The notes below the pieces were generated by a model. It made no database searches. It was not told the DNA's origin and worked only from the letters and a program-made list of their open reading frames with translations. 64,000 nt of DNA from Patescibacteria group bacterium. Lineage in GTDB: Bacteria > Patescibacteriota > Minisyncoccia > Minisyncoccales > JANBVM01. The stretch spans positions 10,059 through 74,058 of the forward strand of contig JANBVL010000001.1 of the NCBI GenBank assembly GCA_024238995.1, given 5' to 3'. Of the stretch, positions 18,210 to 27,880 are shown in pieces. Position numbers and translations under genes: made by a program. Within the stretch, counting starts at the first letter, position 1. Every line of letters begins with the position of its first letter.

Positions 18210-18641
18210 ATGTTTATTGGTGAATACTTGTACACAATTGATCACAAGAAGAGATTAGCTATTCCTTCTAAATTTAGAAAAAGCTTGGGTAAAAAAGCAA
18301 TTGTTACTAAAGGAATAGATACCTGTTTAGTTGTTTATCCAATTGCAGAGTGGGGTAAAGTAGCTAAAAAACTAGAAAGCTTGCCAAGCAGCAAAACAGA
18401 TGCCAGGGGATTTATAAGAATAATGTTGGCTGGAGCAGTTGATGTTAATCTTGATAAGCTTGGAAGGGTATTGATCCCTGATTATTTGAAAAAATACGCA
18501 GGTCTTAAAAAAGATGTAATTATATTGGGTTTGTCTAATAGGGTTGAGGTCTGGGACAAAACAAAATGGAATACATACAAACAGAAGACTGAAAAAGACA
18601 TTGGGGACATGGCATCAAGATTAGAAGAACTAGGAGTGTAG
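18210..18641 (+). CDS. mraZ: transcriptional regulator MraZ
   Basis: MFIGEYLYTIDHKKRLAIPSKFRK and a second SpoVT/AbrB-like repeat DKLGRVLIPDYLK. The canonical MFIGE start is preferred over the upstream GTG at 18168. Confidence 0.85.
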   Translation: MFIGEYLYTIDHKKRLAIPSKFRKSLGKKAIVTKGIDTCLVVYPIAEWGKVAKKLESLPSSKTDARGFIRIMLAGAVDVNLDKLGRVLIPDYLKKYAGLKKDVIILGLSNRVEVWDKTKWNTYKQKTEKDIGDMASRLEELGV

Positions 18642-19508
18642 ATGCACAAAAGCGTTCTTAAAAAACAAGTTTTAAAATACTTAGATTCTAAGTCAAATGA
18701 AAACTTTATAGATTGCACATTTGGTCTAGGCGGACACAGCATAGATATTTTAAAAGAAAACAAGCCAAAAGGAAAAGTGCTGGCAATAGAATTAGACAAA
18801 GAATTGCATAGGAAGGCAGTTTCTAAAAACATTGATAGATTAGTTTTAATAAATGATTCTTATAGCAATTTAAAAAAAATTGTTAAGGAAAATAATTTTG
18901 AATCAGTTTCTGGAATTTTGTTAGACTTAGGATTCTCAAGTTGGCATTTGGAAAAATCAGGCAGGGGATTCAGCTTTAAAAAAAATGAGCCACTTGATAT
19001 GAGATACAATATTGATTTAACAAAACTAACAGCTGAAGAAATTGTAAGCCAATGGTCAGAAAAAGATATTGAAAAGATTTTAAAAAAATATTCCCAAGAA
19101 AAGTTTGGTAAAAGAATTGCCAAAAACATTATAGAACAGAGAAAAACAAAACTCATTAAAACAACATTTGATTTAGTTGAAATCATTAAAAAAGCCGTAC
19201 CTTTATGGTACCAACATAAAAGAATTCATTTTGCAACCAGAACTTTTCAGGCATTAAGAATAACTGTTAATGACGAGCTGAATAATATAAGACAAGCTTT
19301 ACCCGATGCATTAGAAGTTTTAGAAAAAGGAGGAAGATTAGTTGTAATATCGTTCCATTCTTTAGAAGACAGAATTGTGAAAAACTTTTTTAAAAATCAA
19401 AAATCATTAAATATTTTAACAAAAAAACCAATAAAGCCGAGCAAAGAAGAGATAATTAATAACCCGCGCTCAAGAAGTGCCAAACTTCGAGCAGCAGTAA
19501 AAATTTAA
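18642..19508 (+). CDS. rsmH: 16S rRNA (cytosine1402-N4)-methyltransferase
   Basis: DCTFGLGGHS, LLDLGFSS, FHSLEDRIVK and NPRSRSAKLR. Confidence 0.9.
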   Translation: MHKSVLKKQVLKYLDSKSNENFIDCTFGLGGHSIDILKENKPKGKVLAIELDKELHRKAVSKNIDRLVLINDSYSNLKKIVKENNFESVSGILLDLGFSSWHLEKSGRGFSFKKNEPLDMRYNIDLTKLTAEEIVSQWSEKDIEKILKKYSQEKFGKRIAKNIIEQRKTKLIKTTFDLVEIIKKAVPLWYQHKRIHFATRTFQALRITVNDELNNIRQALPDALEVLEKGGRLVVISFHSLEDRIVKNFFKNQKSLNILTKKPIKPSKEEIINNPRSRSAKLRAAVKI

Positions 19509-19514
19509 AAATAT

Positions 19515-19829
19515 ATGACTAAAATACTTGCGTTAAAAACAGGTTTGAAAAATTACCACATTATTTTAATTGCTTTAATTTTCGCTTTAGTTTCAATATA
19601 CATTGTCCAGGTAGGAGGTTTGGCCAAAGACAGATACCTGCTCGGTTCTTTTCAAAAACAACTTAATTCTCTTTCAAACAACAATAAATTTTTGGACATA
19701 GATTTTTCAAAAATGAATTCTTTGTCTCACATTGATCAAATCCTGGCAAAGAACAGTGGTTTTGTAAAAACAAATAATGTAAAATATATAAAGATAGTAG
19801 AGGGTTCTATTGCAAGCAGGCTTCGTTAA
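19515..19829 (+). CDS. FtsL-like cell-division membrane protein
   Basis: 104 aa with a single N-terminal TM, located between rsmH and ftsI. Confidence 0.5.
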   Translation: MTKILALKTGLKNYHIILIALIFALVSIYIVQVGGLAKDRYLLGSFQKQLNSLSNNNKFLDIDFSKMNSLSHIDQILAKNSGFVKTNNVKYIKIVEGSIASRLR

Positions 19830-19848
19830 TTTAACCTTTTAACATTAA

Positions 19849-21480
19849 ATGAAGAACTGGAGGATTAATTTCATCTTTATATTATTTTTATTTGTTTCAG
19901 GCGCTGTTACTGGTCGCTTGGTATCTCTTCAGATTTTAGAGGGTGATTTAAATAAAGCCTTGTCTCAAGGGCTTTTTGCTTCTTTCGAAAATTTTCAGGC
20001 TGATAGAGGAGAGATTTTTTTAAAAAACAAAGAAGCTTTAGCTATTAACATTGACCTGCCTTTTATTTTTGTAAACCCTAAAAAAATTCAAGACATTGAA
20101 AAAACAGCTCAAGTTTTCAGTGAAATACTTGGCTTGGAAAAAGACTTTATACTTGAAAAATTAACAATAAACAGCTCTTATTCTTTAATTAAAAAAAAAT
20201 TAACTAAAGAAGAGGCTCAAAAAATAACTGATTTAGATTTAGAGGGTGTTTTTCTTAGCGAGCAAAAAGAAAGATATTACCCTCAAATAGGATTAGCCTC
20301 GCAAGTGATTGGTTTTTTGAGCGCTGAAGGAACAGGCCAGTACGGATTAGAACAGTTTTATGATGAAGCTTTGCAAGGGAAAATAGGGCTTGACCAAGAT
20401 AAAAAAGGAGATGATTTGGTTTTAACAATTGATTATAATATTCAGTATGAGGCAGAAAGATTGCTTGAAAAAGTAAAAAAAGATTTAGATGCTGAAAAAG
20501 GCCAGATAATTGTTATAGAACCTTATTCTGGTAGAATTTTAGCAATGGCTGATGTTGATAATTTTGACCCTAATTATTATCAGCAGTATGCAGGAGATCT
20601 GGCTGTTTTTAAAAATAGATCTACTCAGGCATTATTTGAACCAGGTTCTGTTTTCAAACCAATAACAATGGCAGCAGCTTTAGAAGAAGAAAAAGTAACG
20701 CCAAAAACTACTTATACTGATACGGGTTCAATAACAATTGGCAGTGATACTATTTACAACTATAACAAGAGAATTTATGAACATGAACCTACTATGACTG
20801 AGGTGCTTGAAAAATCAATTAATACTGGAGCTATTTTTGTTCAAAGAGAGCTTGGCCCTAATTTATTTTTAAAATATGTTGATAAATTCGGGTTTTTTGA
20901 ACCAACTAAAATAGATATACAGGAAGTTTATTCACAAAATAATGAACTTAGAACAGCCAGGGACATAAATCTAGCTACAGCTTCATTTGGTCAGGGAATA
21001 GAAATGACGCCAATTCAACTGGTAAGAGCATATTGTGCTATTGCCAATGGCGGTAAATTAATAAATCCTTATTTAGTAGAAAGTTCCATATCTTCTGATA
21101 AGGAAATTAAGAATCATGCTGAGACTGAACAAGAACAAATTATTTCTTCTAAGACAGCATCTCAGGTTACTGCAATGTTAGTAAGCGTGGTTGAAAATGG
21201 TTTTGCCCAATCAGCTAAAATTCCAGGATATTTTGTTGCTGGCAAAACAGGCACTGCCCAGGTTGCTTATTCTGCTTTAGGTGTTAAAAAATCAGGTTAT
21301 TCTGACAAAACAATCCAGACTTTTATTGGTTTTGCTCCTGCTTTTAATCCTAAATTTCTAGTTATGGTTAAGCTTGATAATCCAAAAACAAGAACAGCAG
21401 AATATTCTACTATTCCAGTGTTTAAAGATTTAGCAGACTATATTATTAATTATTATCAAATTCCACCAGATTATGAATAA
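19849..21480 (+). CDS. ftsI: penicillin-binding protein 2 / FtsI-type transpeptidase
   Basis: SVFKP (SxxK), SINTG (SxN), KTGTAQ (KTG) and an N-terminal TM. Confidence 0.85.
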   Translation: MKNWRINFIFILFLFVSGAVTGRLVSLQILEGDLNKALSQGLFASFENFQADRGEIFLKNKEALAINIDLPFIFVNPKKIQDIEKTAQVFSEILGLEKDFILEKLTINSSYSLIKKKLTKEEAQKITDLDLEGVFLSEQKERYYPQIGLASQVIGFLSAEGTGQYGLEQFYDEALQGKIGLDQDKKGDDLVLTIDYNIQYEAERLLEKVKKDLDAEKGQIIVIEPYSGRILAMADVDNFDPNYYQQYAGDLAVFKNRSTQALFEPGSVFKPITMAAALEEEKVTPKTTYTDTGSITIGSDTIYNYNKRIYEHEPTMTEVLEKSINTGAIFVQRELGPNLFLKYVDKFGFFEPTKIDIQEVYSQNNELRTARDINLATASFGQGIEMTPIQLVRAYCAIANGGKLINPYLVESSISSDKEIKNHAETEQEQIISSKTASQVTAMLVSVVENGFAQSAKIPGYFVAGKTGTAQVAYSALGVKKSGYSDKTIQTFIGFAPAFNPKFLVMVKLDNPKTRTAEYSTIPVFKDLADYIINYYQIPPDYE

Positions 21481-22516
21481 TATTATTTCAAAAATTAAAT
21501 TCATTTTTAAAAAGCAAAAGATTGTTTTAGTTGTGGGTAGAACGAATCAAAGTGTTTTTAATACGATTATAAAGATTTTAAATCCGTATTTTAAAATTGG
21601 GAAAGAAGTTTTAGTCTTTAAAACAGAAGATAAAGAAATATTTGATTATGAGTTTTTTTTAAAAAATTCAGAACAAGCAATATTGGTTATTACTAACGTA
21701 GGTGATATTCCTTGTGATAGTGATTTTTTTGCTGGTGAAAGAGAACCTATTGAAAATACTAGGAAATTAGTTGAAAACCTGCCTGAAAATACTAATTTGG
21801 TTTTAAATTTTGATGATGAAACATCACGAGAAATAGGGGATTTAAAGAAATTCAATACTTTAAGGTTTGGCTTGCAGAAAGAGGCAGATTTTAGAGCAAG
21901 TGATATTAAATTAAATGGTGGAACTAATTTTAAAATAAATTATAAAGGCAAAATTGTTCCTGTTTGGTTAAAGAATGCATTTGGTAAAGAACAGATTTAT
22001 TCTGCTTTGGCTGCTGGATGTGTGGCAAGCGTTTTTGATTTGAATTTAGTAAAAATTTCAGAAGCTTTTAAAAACTATCTGCCCTTAGATGGAAGGATGA
22101 AATTAATTAAAGGAATCAAAAATAGTTGGGTTTTAGATGACAGTGCATCATCCAGTGTTTTTTCAATGATTGAAGCAATTGAAGTTTTAGGCAAACTTCA
22201 AGGATATAACCGCAAAATCGCGGTTTTAGGGGATGTTCTTAATATTGGGAAATACACAATTGAAGCTCATGAAGCAATAGGGGAAAGAGTGGCTAAAAAT
22301 GCGGATTTATTATTTGTATTTGGCCAGCGCGCTAAGTTTATTGCAAAAGGCGCATTTGAAAAAGGAATGAAAAGTGAACAAGTTTTTGAGTTTGATGCTG
22401 TTGACCAAGGCAAATTAAAACTCCAAGACATAATTGAAGAAAATGACATTATTTTAGTTGATGGTTCAAGCGAAATGCAGATGAACAAGATTGTTAAAGA
22501 AATAACAGGACAATAG
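21473..22516 (+). CDS. Mur-ligase-family protein (MurF-like central + C-terminal domains) with degenerate P-loop
   Basis: DGRMKLI, VLDDSASSS and KIAVLGDVLNIG...H match the MurF C-terminal domain. The expected GxxGKT site reads VVGRTNQSV. Confidence 0.6.
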   Translation: MNNIISKIKFIFKKQKIVLVVGRTNQSVFNTIIKILNPYFKIGKEVLVFKTEDKEIFDYEFFLKNSEQAILVITNVGDIPCDSDFFAGEREPIENTRKLVENLPENTNLVLNFDDETSREIGDLKKFNTLRFGLQKEADFRASDIKLNGGTNFKINYKGKIVPVWLKNAFGKEQIYSALAAGCVASVFDLNLVKISEAFKNYLPLDGRMKLIKGIKNSWVLDDSASSSVFSMIEAIEVLGKLQGYNRKIAVLGDVLNIGKYTIEAHEAIGERVAKNADLLFVFGQRAKFIAKGAFEKGMKSEQVFEFDAVDQGKLKLQDIIEENDIILVDGSSEMQMNKIVKEITGQ

Positions 22517-22555
22517 GTTTGAAATTTTAAAATGTTGTGTTAGATTGGGTTAAAT

Positions 22556-22627
22556 GGCCCCATCGTCTAGCGGCCAGGACGCCTGGTTCTCAACCAAGTA
22601 ACAGGGGTTCGATTCCCCTTGGGGCCA
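22556..22627 (+). tRNA. tRNA-Glu (anticodon CUC)
   Basis: Acceptor GGCCCCA/TGGGGCC, Glu-type D-arm GTCTAGCGGCCAGGAC, anticodon loop TTCTCAA, T-arm AGGGGTTCGATTCCCCT. One C-A mismatch in the anticodon stem. Confidence 0.85.
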
Positions 22628-22687
22628 CAAGTATCTGCTTAAATCTACGTTTATCTATATTAAATAACAACACAATAGTGTGAACAT

Positions 22688-23013
22688 ATGAAAATAGGAA
22701 TTGTATTGCAATCAAACAAACCAGAGCATGTTTGAAACACTTTCCGTTTCGGTATCACTGCCCTTAAGGCAAACCATCAGGTAAAGGTTTTTTTGATGAA
22801 TGAAGGAACAGAAATTGACAGTGTTCCTGACACAGACAAATTTGATATTTCTCATAGGATTGCTGAATATCAAAATCTGAAAGGAGAAATCTGTGCATGT
22901 GGAACCTGTTTAAAAGTTCGTAAAAAAAAGGAACTAAAGTCTGTCCAATATCTACAATGTCAGACTTACTCAAGATGGTTGAAGAAAGTGAAAAGATATT
23001 GGTGTTTGGTTAA
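22688..23013 (+). pseudogene. DsrE/DsrF-like sulfur-relay family gene, disrupted (in-frame TGA + frameshift in an A8 run)
   Basis: Own translation: MKIGIVLQSNKPEHV*NTFRFGITALKANHQVKVFLMNEGTE...GEICACGTCLKVRKKK. The reading frame must then shift at A-run 22922-22929 to continue GTKVCPISTMSDLLKMVEESEKILVFG*. Confidence 0.65.
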
Positions 23014-23090
23014 TTAATATTTGATGTTTTAAAAAGCTTAAGAAGTTTAATCCGCTTTTTTTTGTTTTCACTTTAAGCTAAAATGGTTTA

Positions 23091-25739
23091 ATGGCTAATT
23101 TTTTCTGGCACAATTTAAAAATAAAAGAGATAGAAAAGATTTTAAGAACCAACATTGTCAAAGGCTTGGATGAAAAAGATGTGAAGCTTCGCCAGTTAGA
23201 ATTCGGAAAAAACAAACTCCCAGAAGAAAAACCCTTATCCAGACTTGCTATCTTTTTAGAACAATTTAAAAGCCCTCTGGCATATATTCTGGTAATCGCA
23301 GGGTTTGTTGTTTTATTATTAAAGGAATTCACTGACGCAGTGGTGATTTTCGGCGCTGTTTTTTTAAACATAATTATTGGTTATTTTCAAGAACATAAAG
23401 CTTCTCAGGCTTTAGCAAAATTAAAAAAGATGGTAGAACACCATGCGGAAGTTTTACGAGAGGGAAATTTAAAAATTTTAAACTTAGAAGAATTAGTTCC
23501 AGGAGATGTCGTTGTTTTAAATCCAGGAGACATAGTTCCAGCTGATGGAAGAATAATAGAATCTAACGCTTTAAAAATTAATGAAATGGCTTTAACTGGT
23601 GAGTGGCTTTCAGCAGAAAAAAAACAAGAAGTGATGCCCAAAGAAACTCCTTTAGCTGACAGGGACAACATGGTTTATATGGGAACAATTGTTGAAGATG
23701 GAAAAGCGAAAGTATTGATTGTTGAAACAGGGGCCCAAACTGAAATAGGGAAAATAGCTGAAATGATTAGAGAGACAAAAGAAGAGAAAACGCCTTATCA
23801 GAAAAAATTAGCAAGTTTTTCAAAGGTTGTTGGTGTAGTAATTGCATTAATTTGTGTTTTTATTTTTATTGAAGGAATTATAAAAGGATTTGATTTTATT
23901 GAAATGTTTATTACTGCTGTGGCAGTTGCTGTAGCAGCTATTCCCGAAGGTCTGCCAGCAGCAATGACTGTTGTTTTGGCACTGGGCATGCAAAAGATTT
24001 TGAAAAAAGGAGGATTAGTCAGGAAGCTGTCTTCGGCTGAAACATTAGGAAGTACTTCAATTATATGTACTGATAAAACAGCAACCTTAACTGAAGGGAA
24101 AATGGTAGTTTCTGATGTGTTAACAGTAAATCAAATTCTGCAGAAGGATCAAAGTAAAAAAACAGAATTTTTCCCTTTAAAGATTGCCTCTTTCACTTCC
24201 GAGGCATTTATTGAAAATTCTAAGAGTCCAAAAGAAGAATGGATTTTCAGGGGAAGACCTACTGACAAAGCTCTTCTTAAAGCTGGCATTGAAAAAGGAA
24301 TTAAAGCTTATGGATTAAATTTTCGCAAAAGCAAAATAGCTGAAATCCCTTTTAATCCAATTAATAAGTTTGTTGGAGCAGTAATTCAGAAAAAAGACGG
24401 AAGATTTCTGTACGTCTCTGGTGCGCCAGAGAGAGTTTTAGACCGTTCTCAATACATTGAATTAAAAGGCAAGAAATTAAAGTTAACTGAGAAAAGATTA
24501 GAAACTATTAATGAACAGCTTGAAAAATTAACTGGCGCAGGCCTGAGAATAGTAGCATCAAGTTACAGAAAAATTAAGAACATTGATTCAATGACTGAAA
24601 ATCTAGAAAAAGAAGTTCACAGCCTCATTTTCACTGGTTTTGTCACCATAAAAGATCCTTTAAGAAAGGATGTAAAAGAAGCAATCAGGGTTTGCAAACA
24701 AGCAGGAATAAAAACAATTATTATCACTGGTGACCATAAGCTAACAGCAAAAGCAGTAGCCCGTGAATTGGGCTTCCCAACAAAAGAAGAAAATATTTTA
24801 GAAGGAAAAGAGCTGGATAAATTAACAGATGAGAAATTCAAAGAAGTTTTAAAAAAAATCAGAATCTATGCCCGGGTTGAACCAAAACACAAAACAAGGA
24901 TTGTTGAGGCTTGGCAAGAGCAAGGAGAGGTTGTGGCAATGACAGGGGATGGTATTAATGACGCCCCAGCTTTAAAAAAAGCAGACATTGGAATAGCGAT
25001 TGGTTCTGGCACTGAGGTGGCGAAAGAAACTTCAGATATGGTTCTTTTAAATAACAGTTTTTCAGTAATTGTAAAAGCAGTTGAAGAAGGAAGGTTAATT
25101 TTAGACAATATTAGAAAGGTAATTACTTATCTTTTAAGCGACAGCTTTACAGAAGTGATTTTAATTGGATTCAGTATTTTTCTGAATTTTCCTTTACCTA
25201 TCACAGCTGTTCAGATTTTATGGGTTAATTTAATTGAAGACGGCTTGCCAGGTATTTCTTTAGCTTTTGAGCCGAAAGAAAAACATTTAATGAAGCGAAA
25301 ATCTCATGGCCACAATGCCCCTCTTTTAACCAAAGAAATGAAAGTTTTAATTTTCATTATTGGATTGATTACTGATATTTTACTTTTAGGTCTTTTCTTG
25401 TGGCTGATAAAATATTCTGGCTATGAAATTCCCCACATTAGGTCAATAATCTTTGCTGGATTAACTATTGACTCGTTATTTTATGTTTTTTCCTGTAAAA
25501 GCTTACGAAGAAATCTTTGGCACATTAATCCCTTTTCCAATAAGTTCTTAGTCTTTGCCTGGATTTTTGGTATTGCAATGTTATTACTTGCTCTTTACCT
25601 TCCCTTTTTACAAATTCTTTTAAAGACAGTTCCTTTAAACCTTTTTGACTGGCAGATAATTTTAGGACTGGGAGCGCTTAATGTAACTTTAATTGAAGCT
25701 ACCAAGTGGTATTTTATAACAAAAAAACAATATGACTAA
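23091..25739 (+). CDS. P-type cation-transporting ATPase, Ca2+ (type IIA/IIB-like)
   Basis: TGEW/TGES-type actuator region, phosphorylation site ICTDKTATLTEG, KDPLR, TGDHKLTA, MTGDGINDAPALKKADIGIA. About 10 TM segments. Confidence 0.9.
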   Translation: MANFFWHNLKIKEIEKILRTNIVKGLDEKDVKLRQLEFGKNKLPEEKPLSRLAIFLEQFKSPLAYILVIAGFVVLLLKEFTDAVVIFGAVFLNIIIGYFQEHKASQALAKLKKMVEHHAEVLREGNLKILNLEELVPGDVVVLNPGDIVPADGRIIESNALKINEMALTGEWLSAEKKQEVMPKETPLADRDNMVYMGTIVEDGKAKVLIVETGAQTEIGKIAEMIRETKEEKTPYQKKLASFSKVVGVVIALICVFIFIEGIIKGFDFIEMFITAVAVAVAAIPEGLPAAMTVVLALGMQKILKKGGLVRKLSSAETLGSTSIICTDKTATLTEGKMVVSDVLTVNQILQKDQSKKTEFFPLKIASFTSEAFIENSKSPKEEWIFRGRPTDKALLKAGIEKGIKAYGLNFRKSKIAEIPFNPINKFVGAVIQKKDGRFLYVSGAPERVLDRSQYIELKGKKLKLTEKRLETINEQLEKLTGAGLRIVASSYRKIKNIDSMTENLEKEVHSLIFTGFVTIKDPLRKDVKEAIRVCKQAGIKTIIITGDHKLTAKAVARELGFPTKEENILEGKELDKLTDEKFKEVLKKIRIYARVEPKHKTRIVEAWQEQGEVVAMTGDGINDAPALKKADIGIAIGSGTEVAKETSDMVLLNNSFSVIVKAVEEGRLILDNIRKVITYLLSDSFTEVILIGFSIFLNFPLPITAVQILWVNLIEDGLPGISLAFEPKEKHLMKRKSHGHNAPLLTKEMKVLIFIIGLITDILLLGLFLWLIKYSGYEIPHIRSIIFAGLTIDSLFYVFSCKSLRRNLWHINPFSNKFLVFAWIFGIAMLLLALYLPFLQILLKTVPLNLFDWQIILGLGALNVTLIEATKWYFITKKQYD

Positions 25740-26883
25740 TTCATTTAAAAAGATTATTTATCCAGTAGCTACATTATCGGGCACTATTATAGGGGTTGGC
25801 TTGTTCTCTTTGCCCTATATAGCCTCAAAAACAGGCTATTTATTGATACTTGGTTATTTTTTAGTTTTAGGAGCCATTGTAATGACAATTCATTTAATCT
25901 TTGGAGAATTGGCATTAGCCACGCCTGATTTTAAGCGTTTGCCTGGGTTTGCAAAATTGCATCTAGGTGAATGGGCAAAAAAAATAACCATGTTCTCTAC
26001 GGTTTTTGGAATATCTGGATCAATCTTGGCTTATCTTATTGTGGGCGGAGAGTTTTTAAACAGCTTACTTTCTCCAGTTTTTGGAGGCAGTGCTTCTTTT
26101 TACAGCTATCTTTATTTTTTCTTAGGAGCAGCTTTAATTCTCTTTGGCATTAAAGCAATAGCTAAAATAGAGTTTTGGTCATTAATTTTATTCTTTTTGA
26201 TTCTATTTGCAATTTTTTTGAAAGCTAATGATTTCATAAACGTGGCTAATTTTACAGTTTTTCCCTTGAATTTTAAAACAGATTTTAAATTATCAGCATT
26301 ATTTTTGCCCTATGGTCCCATTCTTTTTTCTTTGTGGGGGGCTGCTTTGATTCCTGAAGCCGAAGAAATGCTGAGGAAGAATAAAAAACTGCTTAAGAAG
26401 GTAATTATTATTGCTACTATAATTCCAATAATAATTTATCTTTTTTTTATCTATCTGATTTGGGGCATTACAGGCCCTCTGACAACAGAATCAGCATTAA
26501 TAGGATTAAAAAATTATTTGGGCGATGGAGTAGTCAGCCTGGCTTTGTTTTTAGGAATTTTAACAACTTTCACTTCTTTTATTGCCATAGGACTGACTCT
26601 TAAAAAAATCCTCTGGTATGATTTTAGAATGGATAAGAATTTAGCTTGGTTTCTAACTTGTTTTATTCCCCTGGGACTTTTCATTTTAGGATTTAAAAGC
26701 TTTATTCACGTTATAGGTTTGGTTGGAGCAATAGTTCTTGGCATTGATGGAACTTTGATTTTATTAATGTATAGGAGTCTTTTATTGAAAAAAAAGGAAG
26801 TAAAAAAATCTTTGTTAGTTTTTCCTTTAGTTTTCGTTTTTGTTTTTGGTATAATATATGAATTAATATACTTTTTAAGATAA
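25732..26883 (+). CDS. amino-acid permease-like membrane transporter (aromatic/hydroxy amino-acid permease type)
   Basis: 383 aa with about 11 TM helices. N-terminal GTIIGVGLFSLPY motif. Confidence 0.6.
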   Translation: MTNSFKKIIYPVATLSGTIIGVGLFSLPYIASKTGYLLILGYFLVLGAIVMTIHLIFGELALATPDFKRLPGFAKLHLGEWAKKITMFSTVFGISGSILAYLIVGGEFLNSLLSPVFGGSASFYSYLYFFLGAALILFGIKAIAKIEFWSLILFFLILFAIFLKANDFINVANFTVFPLNFKTDFKLSALFLPYGPILFSLWGAALIPEAEEMLRKNKKLLKKVIIIATIIPIIIYLFFIYLIWGITGPLTTESALIGLKNYLGDGVVSLALFLGILTTFTSFIAIGLTLKKILWYDFRMDKNLAWFLTCFIPLGLFILGFKSFIHVIGLVGAIVLGIDGTLILLMYRSLLLKKKEVKKSLLVFPLVFVFVFGIIYELIYFLR

Positions 26884-27836
26884 TGACCTGGATATATATT
26901 TCTATTTTTATTGTTTCTTCTTTTATTTTAGTGCGCTCTGGAATGTGGGTAGTTAAAGCGCTTATCAGAATTGCCCAGTTTCTAAAATTAAGAGAATTTA
27001 TAGTAGCCTCCTTTTTAATGGCTTTTGCAACTTCTTTGCCTGAGATTTTTATTGGCATTACGTCAGCTATTGCTAAAAAGCCTGAACTCCCTTTTGGGGT
27101 TATCATCGGCTCTAATATCGTTGCCCTTACTGTTATGGTGGCGCTTGGAGCGCTATTTGGCAAAGATTTGCATGTCAAAGGAAGGGTTTTGCAAAAATCT
27201 GCTTTATACGTTGCGCTTTACAGTCTTTTGCCTTTGTTATTGATACTTGACGGCATGTTTTCTAGAGTAGACGGACTGATTTTATTGGTAGCTTTAGTTT
27301 TTTATTTTGCTCGGCTTATAGCTGAGGAAGAAAGATTTAGAAAAGTGTTTAATAATCAATTAAAAGGATGGCATCATTTCAAAATATTTGTAAAAGACAT
27401 GTTTATTTTTTTAGCTGCAACTGCCATGCTTTTGTTAAGCGCTGAAGGAATTGTTTTTTCTGCTTCACAATTAGCTGAGACTTTTAACTTATCATTAATG
27501 GTTATTGGAGCGTCTTTGGTGGCTTTAGGGACCTCTCTTCCTGAAATAGCTTTTGAAATAAAGGCAATTAAAATGGGACACAAAACAATGATTCTCGGCG
27601 GTATAATGGGATCAGTTGTTATTAATGCTACTTTAGTTTTAGGCCTTGTAGGATTGATTTCACCATTTGCAATTATTGATTTTTCCCCTTATTTGATAGG
27701 AATTATTTTTACCTTAATTGCCAGTTTATCCTTTATTAGTTTTGTAAGAAGTGAACGGAAAGTGACTGAGCTAGAAGCTTTGTTTTTACTTGGAATCTAT
27801 GTTCTTTTTGTGATTTCTGAGCTTTATTTTAGGTAA
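26883..27836 (+). CDS. Ca2+/cation antiporter (CaCA, YrbG-like Na+/Ca2+ exchanger)
   Basis: Two alpha-repeat motifs, ATSLPEIF and GTSLPEIAF. 10 TM. Confidence 0.8.
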   Translation: MTWIYISIFIVSSFILVRSGMWVVKALIRIAQFLKLREFIVASFLMAFATSLPEIFIGITSAIAKKPELPFGVIIGSNIVALTVMVALGALFGKDLHVKGRVLQKSALYVALYSLLPLLLILDGMFSRVDGLILLVALVFYFARLIAEEERFRKVFNNQLKGWHHFKIFVKDMFIFLAATAMLLLSAEGIVFSASQLAETFNLSLMVIGASLVALGTSLPEIAFEIKAIKMGHKTMILGGIMGSVVINATLVLGLVGLISPFAIIDFSPYLIGIIFTLIASLSFISFVRSERKVTELEALFLLGIYVLFVISELYFR

Positions 27837-27846
27837 AACAAAGACC

Positions 27847-27875
27847 TTGACAAAATTTTAAAGATTTGCTATAGT
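27847..27875 (+). promoter_or_regulatory. near-consensus sigma-70 promoter TTGACA-17-TATAGT
   Basis: TTGACA at 27847-27852, 17-nt spacer, TATAGT at 27870-27875. Confidence 0.55.
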
Positions 27876-27880
27876 GTAAA

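Noticed and set aside
22733-22735. In-frame TGA at a probable Trp position in the DsrE-like gene, suggesting an alternative genetic code (TGA=Trp or Gly, as in some CPR lineages or Mycoplasma).
   Set aside because: TGA clearly terminates conserved full-length genes here (9312-9314 MGMT-family, 12060-12062, 40420-22). The same gene also carries a frameshift, so decay is the simpler explanation.
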